From Thainema sp. (lineage in GTDB: Bacteria; Cyanobacteriota; Cyanobacteriia; Phormidesmidales; Phormidesmidaceae), in NCBI GenBank assembly GCA_052168235.1, contig JBQLZK010000020.1:1-21935 (forward strand): a stretch of 21,935 nt of DNA, given 5' to 3'. Shown one piece after another: positions 7,609 through 17,307 of the stretch. Position 1 is the stretch's first letter. Each line of letters begins with the position of its first letter. Under the pieces are notes generated by a model. The model was not told the DNA's origin. It worked only from the letters and a program-made list of their open reading frames with translations, and did not search any database. The position numbers were made by a program, and so were the translations under genes.

Positions 7609-9108
7609 TCACTTCTTGATCGCCTGCACAATCTCCTGAAACGGCTTTGTCAGCAGCAGCAGCACGGGAATAATTTCTAGGCGACCCATCCACATTAATG
7701 CCATTAGGATTGCTTTGACATCCCAGCTAGCGCGTGGGCCAGTAATTCCGGTTGATAAGCCTGCGCTGCCCAGAGCGGAAGAGGCTTCGAAGAAAACATC
7801 GCTCAGGTTGTACTCGTTGGGGACTCGGTGAATCAGCAGCAGCACACCAAATGCGATCGCACCCAGCCACAGCAGCAGAAGTACCGCTGCGGATTCGATC
7901 CAGCGGTAAGCAATCTTTTCTGGCACGACTTGCTCACCAATTTGATAGCGCGGCATTTCGTGGGCTTTTAAGGAGATGCGGCGGAATCGCCAGACGACAG
8001 CCTTCATCAACGTATTGAGGCGATTGAGCTTGATGCCGCCGACTGTTGAACCAGCGGCACCGCCGATAATCATGGCTGTACTGAGCATCAGCTTGCTGGT
8101 GGGACTCCAAAACTGAATCATTTCGGTACTGTAGCCGCAGGTGGTCAGTGCCGATACCCACTGAAAGCCGACATCGACAACTCGCCAGGTGCCGCTGAAC
8201 CCATAGCTTTCCAGCAGCAGCACGCCAGTGCCGATCACCAGCAAGATCCACAGTGACCGATGCTGCGGATCTCGCCATAGGGTACTCAGTCGCCGCTGAA
8301 TCAGCCAGGCGTAGTGGGTGGAGAAGCTGATTGCACCCAGAATCATGACCACCATGACAGCAATTTGAATCGGTGTGTCGTAGCTGCCCATGCTGTTGTC
8401 AGTAATGCTAAAGCCCCCGGTTGCGATCGCGCACATGGCATGGTTTAGCGCTTCCCACCAGGGCATACCCACCAAGCGGAATAGGAGAATACTAAAGACG
8501 GTTAAAACGGCGTAAATTGTCCAAATGCGTCGAACTGTTCTACCCAGGGTCAAGCCAATCCGATCGCTACGACCTTCGGCACTGTAAAGCTTGTAGGCAT
8601 CGGTGCTGGGACTGAGGATCGATATCATCAGAACGATGACGCCGACGCCACCGACCCACTGCATAAATGAGCGCCACCACTGCAAGCTGTGGGGCAACTG
8701 GCTGGGTCGGATAGTCATGGTTAATCCAGCGCTGGTAAAGCCGGAAAAGCCCTCGAATAAAGCGCTCCAGAAGTTCTGAAAGTAGAGAACCGTGGGCGGC
8801 ACTTCTGGCTGAGAGGCCAGGTTATAGGCAATGGCGACAAAGGGAATTGCCCCAATCCATGGAATAATGCCCCAACTGAGCGCAACGGTAATCATCGACT
8901 GCTGGAGCTGAGCGGCTTCGGCTCCTTTACCCAGGCGATAGAGAAGCTGTCCCAGGAAAACAGAAACAAGCGTTGTCAGGATGAAAGGCGCGATCGCAAA
9001 ATATTCCTGGCTAATGATGCTGACGGGCAGCGACAGCAGCGCCATAATGCCGGGAATATGCAGCAGGAGGCCAAGATCGTGGCATAGCGTTTTGATAAAC
9101 GGATTCAC
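7609..9108 (-). CDS. trkH: TrkH-family potassium uptake membrane protein
   Basis: 499 aa. Four pore-loop motifs (SGFTSAG, IATGGF, LTTCGY, LGSAGLS), plus QWVGGVG, IGGAAGSTVGGIK and LMWMGRLEI. Confidence 0.95.
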   Translation of the reverse strand: MNPFIKTLCHDLGLLLHIPGIMALLSLPVSIISQEYFAIAPFILTTLVSVFLGQLLYRLGKGAEAAQLQQSMITVALSWGIIPWIGAIPFVAIAYNLASQPEVPPTVLYFQNFWSALFEGFSGFTSAGLTMTIRPSQLPHSLQWWRSFMQWVGGVGVIVLMISILSPSTDAYKLYSAEGRSDRIGLTLGRTVRRIWTIYAVLTVFSILLFRLVGMPWWEALNHAMCAIATGGFSITDNSMGSYDTPIQIAVMVVMILGAISFSTHYAWLIQRRLSTLWRDPQHRSLWILLVIGTGVLLLESYGFSGTWRVVDVGFQWVSALTTCGYSTEMIQFWSPTSKLMLSTAMIIGGAAGSTVGGIKLNRLNTLMKAVVWRFRRISLKAHEMPRYQIGEQVVPEKIAYRWIESAAVLLLLWLGAIAFGVLLLIHRVPNEYNLSDVFFEASSALGSAGLSTGITGPRASWDVKAILMALMWMGRLEIIPVLLLLTKPFQEIVQAIKK

Positions 9109-9304
9109 GGTTAGCGTAGAAGCAGAATATGGACAGGATGATGAGTTGGAGGAAGGGGGGTAGGAGAGAGGTTTATTTGTAGCTGTTTATGGCAGTAGTC
9201 ACATTGGTTGGGACGTTGGGAAACTCGGAAGACGTCCTAACGTTTAAACGTTGAATTTCGTAAGTGTCTCGACCAAAGTGGCGACGGCTAGAGCATTGGT
9301 CTTG

Positions 9305-9706
9305 CTAATCATCAGTTACAAGGTTGTAGAGCTGTTGAGCAATGATAGTTGCGGGATCGTTGAGAATGCGGGCATCGAGCTTTTCAAAGAGATTTCGATG
9401 ATGGGCATCGTTTAGCAAACTGACGCGGGTCTCAATGCCATATTCCTGACCGAGCACCATCGTCATCAGGTTTGTGGCATCATCACGAGTTGTAGCGACG
9501 ATGGCGTCTGCATTGTGGGCATCGGCTTCATCCAGAATGCCGCCCACGGCAATATCGGCATTAAAAACCTGAATGTCATGCTCTTTCAAAACATCCCGCG
9601 CATTCTCTTCGTTTTGTTCAATCAGCGCCACTCGGTGGCCTTGCTGAATCGCGAGGTCAATCAGCTCTTTCCCTTCTGGCCCAGCACCAACCACAATTAC
9701 ATACAT
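9305..9706 (-). CDS. trkA: Short TrkA-like protein (single RCK-N / NAD-binding domain)
   Basis: From the ATG at 9706: MYVIVVGAGPEG (Rossmann GxGxxG), VALIE, ADAIVATT.DD.TN; 133 aa; directly upstream of trkH. Confidence 0.85.
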   Translation of the reverse strand: MYVIVVGAGPEGKELIDLAIQQGHRVALIEQNEENARDVLKEHDIQVFNADIAVGGILDEADAHNADAIVATTRDDATNLMTMVLGQEYGIETRVSLLNDAHHRNLFEKLDARILNDPATIIAQQLYNLVTDD

Positions 9707-9861
9707 AACAAACTCACTACTCAAGCACGACGCAAAACGCCTAGTAGTATAAGTTTGCAGTCTGTGGCAATGCGCGTATCTACAGACAGAAACAACGCTA
9801 CGCCGGAGGGTGGGCAATGCCCCCAACACATTATCTGGTAAGGGCAAATAGCCGTTCGCCC

Positions 9862-10371
9862 TTATGGACAACCCAGTGATGCGCGGGTGGAAATGCCTGT
9901 GGTTGAGTTCACGCCGTCTGCCTGTTGGCAGAGCGATTCAATTTGCTTACCGTCCAGAATGGCATCGGTAAAGTCGGCACCTGTGATGTTGGAAGCGTCG
10001 TCAAACGTCGATTGCAGCAGCAGCGCTTGCGTTAAGTTGGCGTTGCTCAAGTCCACACTGTTGAAGGTGGCGAAATCTAGCAGCGCATTGCTCAAGTCGG
10101 CTCCGTGAAAATTCACCTCGGTCATGACGGAACCGCTGAATAAGGCACCGCGCAGGTCGGCGTACTCAAACGTGGTGTATTCCAAATTGGCGTTGGAAAA
10201 TTCGGTCGCGGGAAGCTGCTGTCCGGCAAAGCCGCGATTTTTCACCTGGGCATGGTTGAACTTGAGCGGTGTTGACCAGTCGGCCCAAGCAGGTAGCGGA
10301 TTGAGGCTATAGACCAGGCCAATCGTCACGATGAGTAAGAGGAGACTGACTAGTCGTTTGAGGTTCATCAT
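9862..10371 (-). CDS. Pentapeptide-repeat protein with signal peptide (lumenal/periplasmic type)
   Basis: Signal peptide ending PAWA; A(D/N)LXX repeats; C-terminal LC..ADG.N.TTG..TR.SLGC; AGGAG Shine-Dalgarno. Confidence 0.93.
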   Translation of the reverse strand: MMNLKRLVSLLLLIVTIGLVYSLNPLPAWADWSTPLKFNHAQVKNRGFAGQQLPATEFSNANLEYTTFEYADLRGALFSGSVMTEVNFHGADLSNALLDFATFNSVDLSNANLTQALLLQSTFDDASNITGADFTDAILDGKQIESLCQQADGVNSTTGISTRASLGCP

Positions 10372-10493
10372 TCTAGACTCCTGATGATTGGCTGATGATA
10401 CTCATCATCAAGGATTAGAAGTGCGATCGCAAATTACTACGTCACCATCGGACTACTGATTCGAAAAGATACCGAACTGACCTCTCATCTGAA

Positions 10494-12578
10494 TCAAGCG
10501 TTCTTTTGCTCTTCGGCTTCCAGCGCCTCAACATTTTGCATCGGAATTTCAATGATAAATTCTGATCCCTGGCCGGGTTCGGAGACACAGGTTAATGTGC
10601 CATTGTGGCGCTCGACAATAATTTGATAGCTGATCGAAAGTCCTAAGCCTGTTCCCTTACCGACGGGTTTGGTGGTAAAAAACGGATCAAACAGGTGGTC
10701 TTTGTGTTCTGGCGGAATGCCTTGGCCGTTGTCGCGAATTCGAATCCGAACGATGAATGTTGGTTCAGATGTTGCAGCACTGGCTGATCGCTCAATGGTG
10801 TCTGTTTCAGTCGTGATCCAGATACAGCGTGGTTCGGGCTGTTCTTCTAGTGCGTCAATGGCATTGCCAATCAAGTTCATGAAGACCTGATTGAGCGGGC
10901 CAGCATAGCATTCGATTTTGGGTAGATCACCAAAATGAGTTGTGACTTCAATCCCCGACTGCTGACCCTTGGATTTCAGGCGGTTGTGCAAAATCATTAG
11001 GGTATTTTCAAGCCCTTCATGAATATCAACGGGTTTAAGTTCCGCTTCATCCAAACGGGAAAAGTTGCGCAGCGACAGCACAATTTTCTGAATCCGGTCG
11101 GTGCCCACCTTCATAGAGCTGAGCATTTTATCCAGATCGTGCAGCAAAAACTCTAGGTCAATCTCGTCAGCAAATTGGGCAATATCCTCCACGGGGTCTG
11201 GATAGTGGGCCTGATACAGCTCAATCAGCTCAATCAAATCGTGGAAATAATCCTGGGCATATTCCACGTTGCCGCTGATAAAGTTAACCGGATTATTGAT
11301 TTCATGGGCAATTCCGGCTACCAGCTGTCCCAGGCTGGACATTTTTTCGCTCTGCACCAGTTTGGCTTGGGCCTGCTGAAGGGTTTTGAGGGTTTCGCTG
11401 ATTTGGTTGGCCTGCGCCTGCGCCGCAAACGCAGACGCTCGGGTTTGGGCGTACAGTTCCGCTTGATCAATTGCGATCGCAAGTTGGTCGGCTACAGCCT
11501 GTAGCAGTTCAATATCCGCTTCACTCCAGGGACGAACATTTTCGGTATGGCCGCAAATAATGGCACCAATCTGACCGGAGCGGGTCGCGAGCGGCAGCAG
11601 CAAATAAGATGCCAGCCCCCGATCTAGCAGTTGCGATCGCAGCGCTTCGCTGATGCCCAACTCCTGCTGGATATTGTCAACTTTGAGAATGTCCAGTTCC
11701 AGTAAACTATCGGCCAGTGCGATCGCATGTGCTGGCGCACAATCACCCAGTAAACTGGCGAGGTCTGCCTGCTTGGCCTCATGAGTAATGGCTAGCATCG
11801 GCGTCGGATGTCCCTCCGGCGTTGGCTCCCCATTCGGATCGGGCCAACACCAAAGGAAGTTGCAGCGGTCGATCTGCAAAATGCGGCGAATTTCCTGCAC
11901 CGCCGTATTCAAAATCGTGTCCAGATCCAGCGAACTCCGCACCTGGCTCGCCAGCCGAAACAAAACGGCCTCGCGCCGATTCATTAGCTCTCGCTGAGTA
12001 TTGAACCGCTCAATCACATTGGCAATGACGTGGGCCGTATACTGCAATCCTTGATGAATGAGGGCACTCAACGGTTGGCGACTGAATAGGGCCAAAACAC
12101 CCACCAAGCGGCTGCCAATGACTAGCGGATAGCCTGCAAACGCGGCCAGTTGCTCTTGGCAAATCCAATCTTTCGACTGTAGCCACACTTCATCTGGCAC
12201 CCGATTCGTCAGGTATGGAGTTCGGTTATTAGCAATTAACCCCACAATTGATATGCCAAGCGGAATTTGATTTGGCAGTTCATTCGTATGAATATGTTGA
12301 CCCGCCACAGCCTGTAGTTCCAGCATTTGGCTTTGGTCATCAAATGTCCACAGCCGAACCAAAGCGGAATGAAGACAGTTAGAAATCGCTTCTACACAAA
12401 CTTCCAGCACGTCAGATAATGACAGTTCAGATGCGATCGCTTGTCCGATCGCAACATTGAGCGCATTCAGCCGATGCAGTTCAGCCACATCAGCAATAAT
12501 CTCGTTGGGGAGAGGAGCCGCAGATGGGGACGGCAGCATACGGGTTTCACAGGTGATGATCGGCACAGTAACAGCCAT
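10494..12578 (-). CDS. Cytoplasmic GAF-GAF sensor histidine kinase
   Basis: Two GAF domains (FAGYPL...LVGVL; LQAVADQLAIAI); H-box GIAHEINNP, N-box QVFMNLIGNAIDA, DNGQGI, FDPFFTTK, GKGTGLGL. No TM segment. Confidence 0.95.
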   Translation of the reverse strand: MAVTVPIITCETRMLPSPSAAPLPNEIIADVAELHRLNALNVAIGQAIASELSLSDVLEVCVEAISNCLHSALVRLWTFDDQSQMLELQAVAGQHIHTNELPNQIPLGISIVGLIANNRTPYLTNRVPDEVWLQSKDWICQEQLAAFAGYPLVIGSRLVGVLALFSRQPLSALIHQGLQYTAHVIANVIERFNTQRELMNRREAVLFRLASQVRSSLDLDTILNTAVQEIRRILQIDRCNFLWCWPDPNGEPTPEGHPTPMLAITHEAKQADLASLLGDCAPAHAIALADSLLELDILKVDNIQQELGISEALRSQLLDRGLASYLLLPLATRSGQIGAIICGHTENVRPWSEADIELLQAVADQLAIAIDQAELYAQTRASAFAAQAQANQISETLKTLQQAQAKLVQSEKMSSLGQLVAGIAHEINNPVNFISGNVEYAQDYFHDLIELIELYQAHYPDPVEDIAQFADEIDLEFLLHDLDKMLSSMKVGTDRIQKIVLSLRNFSRLDEAELKPVDIHEGLENTLMILHNRLKSKGQQSGIEVTTHFGDLPKIECYAGPLNQVFMNLIGNAIDALEEQPEPRCIWITTETDTIERSASAATSEPTFIVRIRIRDNGQGIPPEHKDHLFDPFFTTKPVGKGTGLGLSISYQIIVERHNGTLTCVSEPGQGSEFIIEIPMQNVEALEAEEQKNA

Positions 12579-12967
12579 AAACCAGGCACAAACTGATAAA
12601 CAGCGATTGGATCAGCCCACAATACACTTCGGGTTGAGCAAGACCGTTTCTTTTGAGTACAACTTGTTGACGGTTGTGAGTTGGAGTCGTATGTGTTTCA
12701 AGTGATACTAAAATGCACGTCTTTGATCCGTACACCTAACATTCCCCTGGGCGGTAACAGACCCGTTTGATACCTGAAAAACTGTAAACAATCTAAATCT
12801 TTTCTAAAGACAAAAAACTCATGCTTAAGTAAGCAATTGATACAAAGCGTAAAGTCTTGTTTGCAGGCCGCACGAGGCAAATGGGTACGGGGCACATTAA
12901 GTCGGCAGGAAAAGCCAGGTTAGATGGCCAACACCGTCCACCACAAACTATGGGAGTAAAGTTGGCA

Positions 12968-13357
12968 ATGGTTAAAGACGCTGTAGAAAACCCCATTGTC
13001 TTGGCAGTTGATGATAGCGCAGTGATTCAAACGCTGATCAAACAGGCCCTTGAAGCAGAATATCGGGTCATCACAACGGGTAGTCCAGTAGAAGCACTGT
13101 CGCTGATTTACCATGAGCCAATTTCTGTGCTGCTGCTGGATGTGACCATGCCTGAAATTGACGGATTAGAGCTGTGCCGCACCGTACGTAATTTGCCACA
13201 GTTCAAAACGCTGCCGATTGTGATGATTACATCCAAAGATACGCCTTTTGATAAGGTGCAGGGACGTTTGGCTGGTGCGACAGAGTACTTTACCAAACCG
13301 TTCGATGCCGATCAGCTTAAAGCCGTCATTTCCAAGCTACAGCCCTGTTCTCGCTAA
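12968..13357 (+). CDS. Single-domain CheY-like response regulator
   Basis: LAVDDS, phospho-acceptor LLLDV, ITS, FTKPF. Start is ATG 12968 (GGGAG upstream) or 12950. Confidence 0.92.
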   Translation: MVKDAVENPIVLAVDDSAVIQTLIKQALEAEYRVITTGSPVEALSLIYHEPISVLLLDVTMPEIDGLELCRTVRNLPQFKTLPIVMITSKDTPFDKVQGRLAGATEYFTKPFDADQLKAVISKLQPCSR

Positions 13358-13683
13358 TAGGCGCTGTAGTAGCGGTTTTGCCACTAAAGGCAGATGCCGG
13401 ACATATACCGATTGCGGAAACAAACTGACTGTCAAACAGGATAGATTATCTGAAAGGTTCGCATCGGGGGAGGCTGGGTCGATTGTCGGGTTGCACCTAT
13501 GATGGACTGTATTTTGTGCGTCGTGAAGGCATGGCGAAAGAGACCACTCATGCGATCGCAAATGAGCGGCCATTTTTGCCCGATGAACTAGAGCTACTAG
13601 AAGCCTGACGACACCTACACTAGCTTAGTCATCCGGATTATTCAGAAACTTGTATAGCCTTTCCTAGGTTACTGAGATACAAG

Positions 13684-13726
13684 TTATTTTTTGAAAGCCA
13701 CGCGAAGCGCGGCTTTCAAAAAATAA
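13684..13726. repeat. 20-bp inverted repeat with GC-GAA-GC core (REP-like)
   Basis: TTATTTTTTGAAAGCCACGC-GAA-GCGCGGCTTTCAAAAAATAA, one mismatch. Confidence 0.9.
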
Positions 13727-13769
13727 TCTCCCGTTACTAGCGCAAGAAGCGCTATATCGTCCAGGAAAA

Positions 13770-15863
13770 TCAAAGACGCTGCTGGCTAGCAGCAATTTGG
13801 GTCTGGAGCTGCTCGTCACTTTTGGCTGGTTCTTGGCAGCTTAATCCTTGGCAAACTAGACCAATCGCGCCATTAGGCACCGCTTCAGATTTACAGACCG
13901 CTGTGGGCAGATAGGACTGCAATAGGCTAGACATGCGATCGCAATCCGTGCGAATCAGCGTATGGTGTTGGAACCAGTCCAGCGCAGCAAACAGAGACGG
14001 ACAAGCACTCGGCGCTTTTTCCAGAACGGCGCTAAACGCTAGTAGACCCTGCTCGGCTCGATCCAGATAGCTCAAATCCTCACTCAACAGTGCCAAGCGG
14101 ATCAGATTTGCGATCGCACTGCCATTGGCAGACGGAGTGGCATTATCTTGATAGCTCCGTTCCCGCAGCAGCAGGTCATTGCCGTCTACCGTGTTGAAGT
14201 AACCGCCGAGTTCGATGCTCCAGAGCCGTTCGTCGAATTCTTCCTGCAAAGTTAACGCTCGCTCTAGCCACTGCGAGATTTGTCCTGCTGGCGTCCGATC
14301 TGCATTGGCTTGATCCAGATCCAGCAGCGCTTTGATTAACAGAGCATAGTCTTCTGACTGAGCCAGCACCGCCACCTGGCCGTCGTAATTCACCCGATGC
14401 AACTGGCCATCAACGCGCTGGTGCTGCCAGATAAATTCAGCCGCTGTGCTGGCCATGTCCAGATACTTCGAGTCGCCAAAGACGAGATAAGCCCGCGCCA
14501 AGCCGGAAATCATGAGGCTGTTCCAGGCCACAATGAGCTTCGTGTCGGTTACGCAGGGAATCCGACCCGCCCAGTCTTCTTCCTTGGCGACCTGATTGTT
14601 GCGGGCGGGCGGCATCGTACTCATCGTATCGGGATGGGCACCATAGCGGACGCGAAAGAGCTTCTGGAGAATCGTTTCGACCTGCTGGCTCAGCTCGCCC
14701 GGATGTCGCCGCTGGAGCACATTTTTCCCTTCAAAGTTGCCCTCAACCGAAATCGTGAACTGATTGCTCAGTTCTGTCAGCTCAGCATCCGTCAGCATCT
14801 CAGACAGTTCGCTGTAAGGCCACGCATAAAATGCCCCCTCTTCTGGTTCCACATCTGTCGGCGTCACAAAACTGTCAGCATCCTGCGCTGCGTAGAAATA
14901 GCCCTCCGGAGCCGTCATCTCCCGCTTCAGCCAGGTCGCTGTACCTGCGATCGCACGTTCAAACGCGGGTTCTTGCACTCCCAAGCTCCACAGGTTGGCT
15001 AAATACTCCATGATCTGGCCGTTGTCATAGAGCATTTTTTCGAAGTGCGGCACCGTCCAAGTTGGGTCAACTGTGTAGCGATGGAATCCGCCGCCCACAT
15101 GATCATAAATGCCGCCTAGAGCTAGATTCAGGCCTCGCTCTGTGGCAATTTGCTTGGCATCATACTGCGGCTGATCGCTGTCAGATTGGCTAGAAGTTGA
15201 CGCCTCAGACTGGCTAAAACGGCAACCATGCAGCGTCGCATCCGCATAGGGAATCATCGGAAAACTTGGGCCATAGCCACCGGAAGACAAAATTCCGGCA
15301 CTGTAGTTCAAGCCCATGTGTAACAGGGCGGCATTTAGCTGATCCCCAGCAGGTAACTGTCCTGACTGCTGTAAGCGTTCTAGAATTTCTTCTTTAACTG
15401 AGTTGACCTTGGTGCGATCGCTATCGTAGAGACGACGAATCGCCTGTAAAACTTGAATAAATCCAGGCCGTCCATATTTAGCGTCTAGGGGGAAATACGT
15501 TCCGCCATAAAAGGGCACCAAATCGTCCGGCGAGAGGAACACATTCAGCGGCCAGCCTCCCTGTCCCGTCATCAGCTGCAGCGCCTGCATGTAGATACTG
15601 TCAATATCAGGTCGCTCTTCCCGATCCACCTTAATCGGCACAAACTGGCTGTTCATATACTGAGCCACCTGGGCATCAGAGAACGCTTCGCCTTCCATCA
15701 CCGTGCACCAGTGGCAGCTTGAGTAACCAATCGACAAGAAAATTGGCTTATTTTCCTGTTTAGCTTTCTGCAAAGCCTGATCACACCAGGGCCACCAATC
15801 GATTGGATTCTCGGCATGTTTTTGCAGATATAAACTTTGAGATTGGGCCAGACGATTCGCCAT
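13770..15863 (-). CDS. Thioredoxin-domain protein, YyaL/SSP411 (DUF255) family
   Basis: [73 protein letters not shown]. Start at 15863 matches the family N-terminus. Confidence 0.95.
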   Translation of the reverse strand: MANRLAQSQSLYLQKHAENPIDWWPWCDQALQKAKQENKPIFLSIGYSSCHWCTVMEGEAFSDAQVAQYMNSQFVPIKVDREERPDIDSIYMQALQLMTGQGGWPLNVFLSPDDLVPFYGGTYFPLDAKYGRPGFIQVLQAIRRLYDSDRTKVNSVKEEILERLQQSGQLPAGDQLNAALLHMGLNYSAGILSSGGYGPSFPMIPYADATLHGCRFSQSEASTSSQSDSDQPQYDAKQIATERGLNLALGGIYDHVGGGFHRYTVDPTWTVPHFEKMLYDNGQIMEYLANLWSLGVQEPAFERAIAGTATWLKREMTAPEGYFYAAQDADSFVTPTDVEPEEGAFYAWPYSELSEMLTDAELTELSNQFTISVEGNFEGKNVLQRRHPGELSQQVETILQKLFRVRYGAHPDTMSTMPPARNNQVAKEEDWAGRIPCVTDTKLIVAWNSLMISGLARAYLVFGDSKYLDMASTAAEFIWQHQRVDGQLHRVNYDGQVAVLAQSEDYALLIKALLDLDQANADRTPAGQISQWLERALTLQEEFDERLWSIELGGYFNTVDGNDLLLRERSYQDNATPSANGSAIANLIRLALLSEDLSYLDRAEQGLLAFSAVLEKAPSACPSLFAALDWFQHHTLIRTDCDRMSSLLQSYLPTAVCKSEAVPNGAIGLVCQGLSCQEPAKSDEQLQTQIAASQQRL

Positions 15864-15921
15864 AGAAGCAACCGATGAATTCAACGCAAGTTTGACAGTG
15901 CCAATGTGGCAAGTCCGATAA

Positions 15922-15955
15922 TAGTAGGTTTGACCATAGTAAGTTTGACCGTAGT
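15922..15955. repeat. 15-bp tandem repeat upstream of the YyaL-like gene
   Basis: TAGTAGGTTTGACCA TAGTAAGTTTGACCG TAGT. Confidence 0.8.
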
Positions 15956-16032
15956 CAAGCAACTCCCCAAGGAGCCAACACTCGCATTGAGTCTATCGTG
16001 ATTGCCAGGGGAGTTGCAGAATGCTCCCCTCT

Positions 16033-17190
16033 TCACCCATCACTTCGCACTTCACTTGCGATCGCAACACATTCTTGAAACGTAGCCGTCGTCTTAATTG
16101 CTTGCGGATCAATATGACTTTGGCTGGCTGAAAACCCGCGATCGCACAATGCGGCAATCATGCGATCGCGATTGGGAATGTTGCGCTTGGTGTGGCGACC
16201 AATTTCGGCTAAGCGGAAGAACCAAGGCGGTAAGTCGGCTTCAGCGGCCATCACGTTGAGTAACTTGGCTCGTTCAGTCCAGTTCCATGTCGTAGCGAGC
16301 TGCTGCATTCGCTGAATCGTGGGCCGATGGTGTAGAGCACCGAGCCACAGGGGGCCGCTCACGACCATCGGTTGCGGTTCGGCATGATAGGGACACTGGG
16401 CGCGACTGAGCTGTCGCCACTTAATTGTGCGGTAGTGGCCGCAGTCGTGGCAGTAGGCGATGAAACCGTACACCTGAATCTGCTGATCAAACGTCGGCAG
16501 CAGCCGCAGCATCACCCGGCAAATATCCTGATGAAATAAAGAAAAGATCGGCTGAATACTCAGCCCTTTTGATGCGGCATGTTGCCAAGCCGCACCAATC
16601 AGCAGCCGCAGTCCCTGTTCGGTAAACGCAGGATGCAAACGGGGATAGGTGCCATAGGCTGCCAGACTCCGCACTGGATTGTGACCACTGCGCGATCGCC
16701 CATCCGTATCGGTGAGATAGACCAGCCCACCCAGCTTTACGGCCCAGAGGCTGGTTGTGACGTAGGGTGCCGCACTGCCAAAGCTGTCTACGTCTACCAA
16801 GTCGTAGAAATCGCGGCGATTGTGACAGTCAAAAAAGACGCGATTGGCTTCCTGATGGGTGATCTGAAACTGCTGGGGCTGAAGCTGGCTGCTCAGATTG
16901 TGGTGCAGCAGCTCGCCCATGTCTGGATTGCCTTCGTTGGCCCAGATCCAATCTGCATCTGCTTCTAATCCATAGCGCAGCGATCGCACGCCGCAACCCG
17001 TCATCGCATCTAGCACCCGCAGATGTCCCCGATCCGCTTTTTCCAGGGCGGCGACCAACACGGCCAAGTCTCGCCCGACCTGGCTATGCTGCCGAAAAAA
17101 AGCATCTCCAACTACAAACTGCGCTTTTCCTTCTTGTTGAAGTTCCATCAGAGGAAAGCTAGGGTGAGGGGATTCTGAGCCTGGATTCAT
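16033..17190 (-). CDS. trm1: Trm1-like tRNA (guanine-N2) dimethyltransferase
   Basis: EGKA.F...AFF...S...RDLAVL, LDAMTGCGVRSLRY, DLVDVDSFGS, GLRLLIG, CHDCG, GPLWLG.L, SHIDPQAIKT. Alternative start at 17148. Confidence 0.85.
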   Translation of the reverse strand: MNPGSESPHPSFPLMELQQEGKAQFVVGDAFFRQHSQVGRDLAVLVAALEKADRGHLRVLDAMTGCGVRSLRYGLEADADWIWANEGNPDMGELLHHNLSSQLQPQQFQITHQEANRVFFDCHNRRDFYDLVDVDSFGSAAPYVTTSLWAVKLGGLVYLTDTDGRSRSGHNPVRSLAAYGTYPRLHPAFTEQGLRLLIGAAWQHAASKGLSIQPIFSLFHQDICRVMLRLLPTFDQQIQVYGFIAYCHDCGHYRTIKWRQLSRAQCPYHAEPQPMVVSGPLWLGALHHRPTIQRMQQLATTWNWTERAKLLNVMAAEADLPPWFFRLAEIGRHTKRNIPNRDRMIAALCDRGFSASQSHIDPQAIKTTATFQECVAIASEVRSDG

Positions 17191-17220
17191 AGTTTGCTGA
17201 AGTTTATCCGATAACCAGAG

Positions 17221-17256
17221 AGCAATCCTACATAGAAACGATCCAGGATTGCTATA
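17221..17256. repeat. Short inverted repeat AGCAATCCT...AGGATTGCT(ATA)
   Basis: 9-bp perfect arms at 17221-17229 and 17245-17253, in a divergent intergenic region. Confidence 0.65.
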
Positions 17257-17307
17257 GCATTGCTAAATAGAGGAGCAAACCTGTGCTGAACGCGCGACTT
17301 TAACTAA

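Noticed and set aside
7468..7680. 70-aa ORF between the kinase and trkH
   Set aside because: It is the translation of tandem repeats and overlaps the trkH 3' end.
4627..9706. Functional link between glyoxalase I and K+ transport, as for Kef channels
   Set aside because: The transporter is Trk-type uptake, not Kef efflux, and the genes are separated by an oppositely oriented kinase.
12829..12843. GTA-N9-TAC as an NtcA site in the kinase/regulator divergent region
   Set aside because: Spacing is 9, not the canonical GTA-N8-TAC.
13360..13650. Riboswitch or known ncRNA in the long intergenic regions (also 20007-20497)
   Set aside because: I could not match any known family motif by eye; a covariance-model search would be needed.
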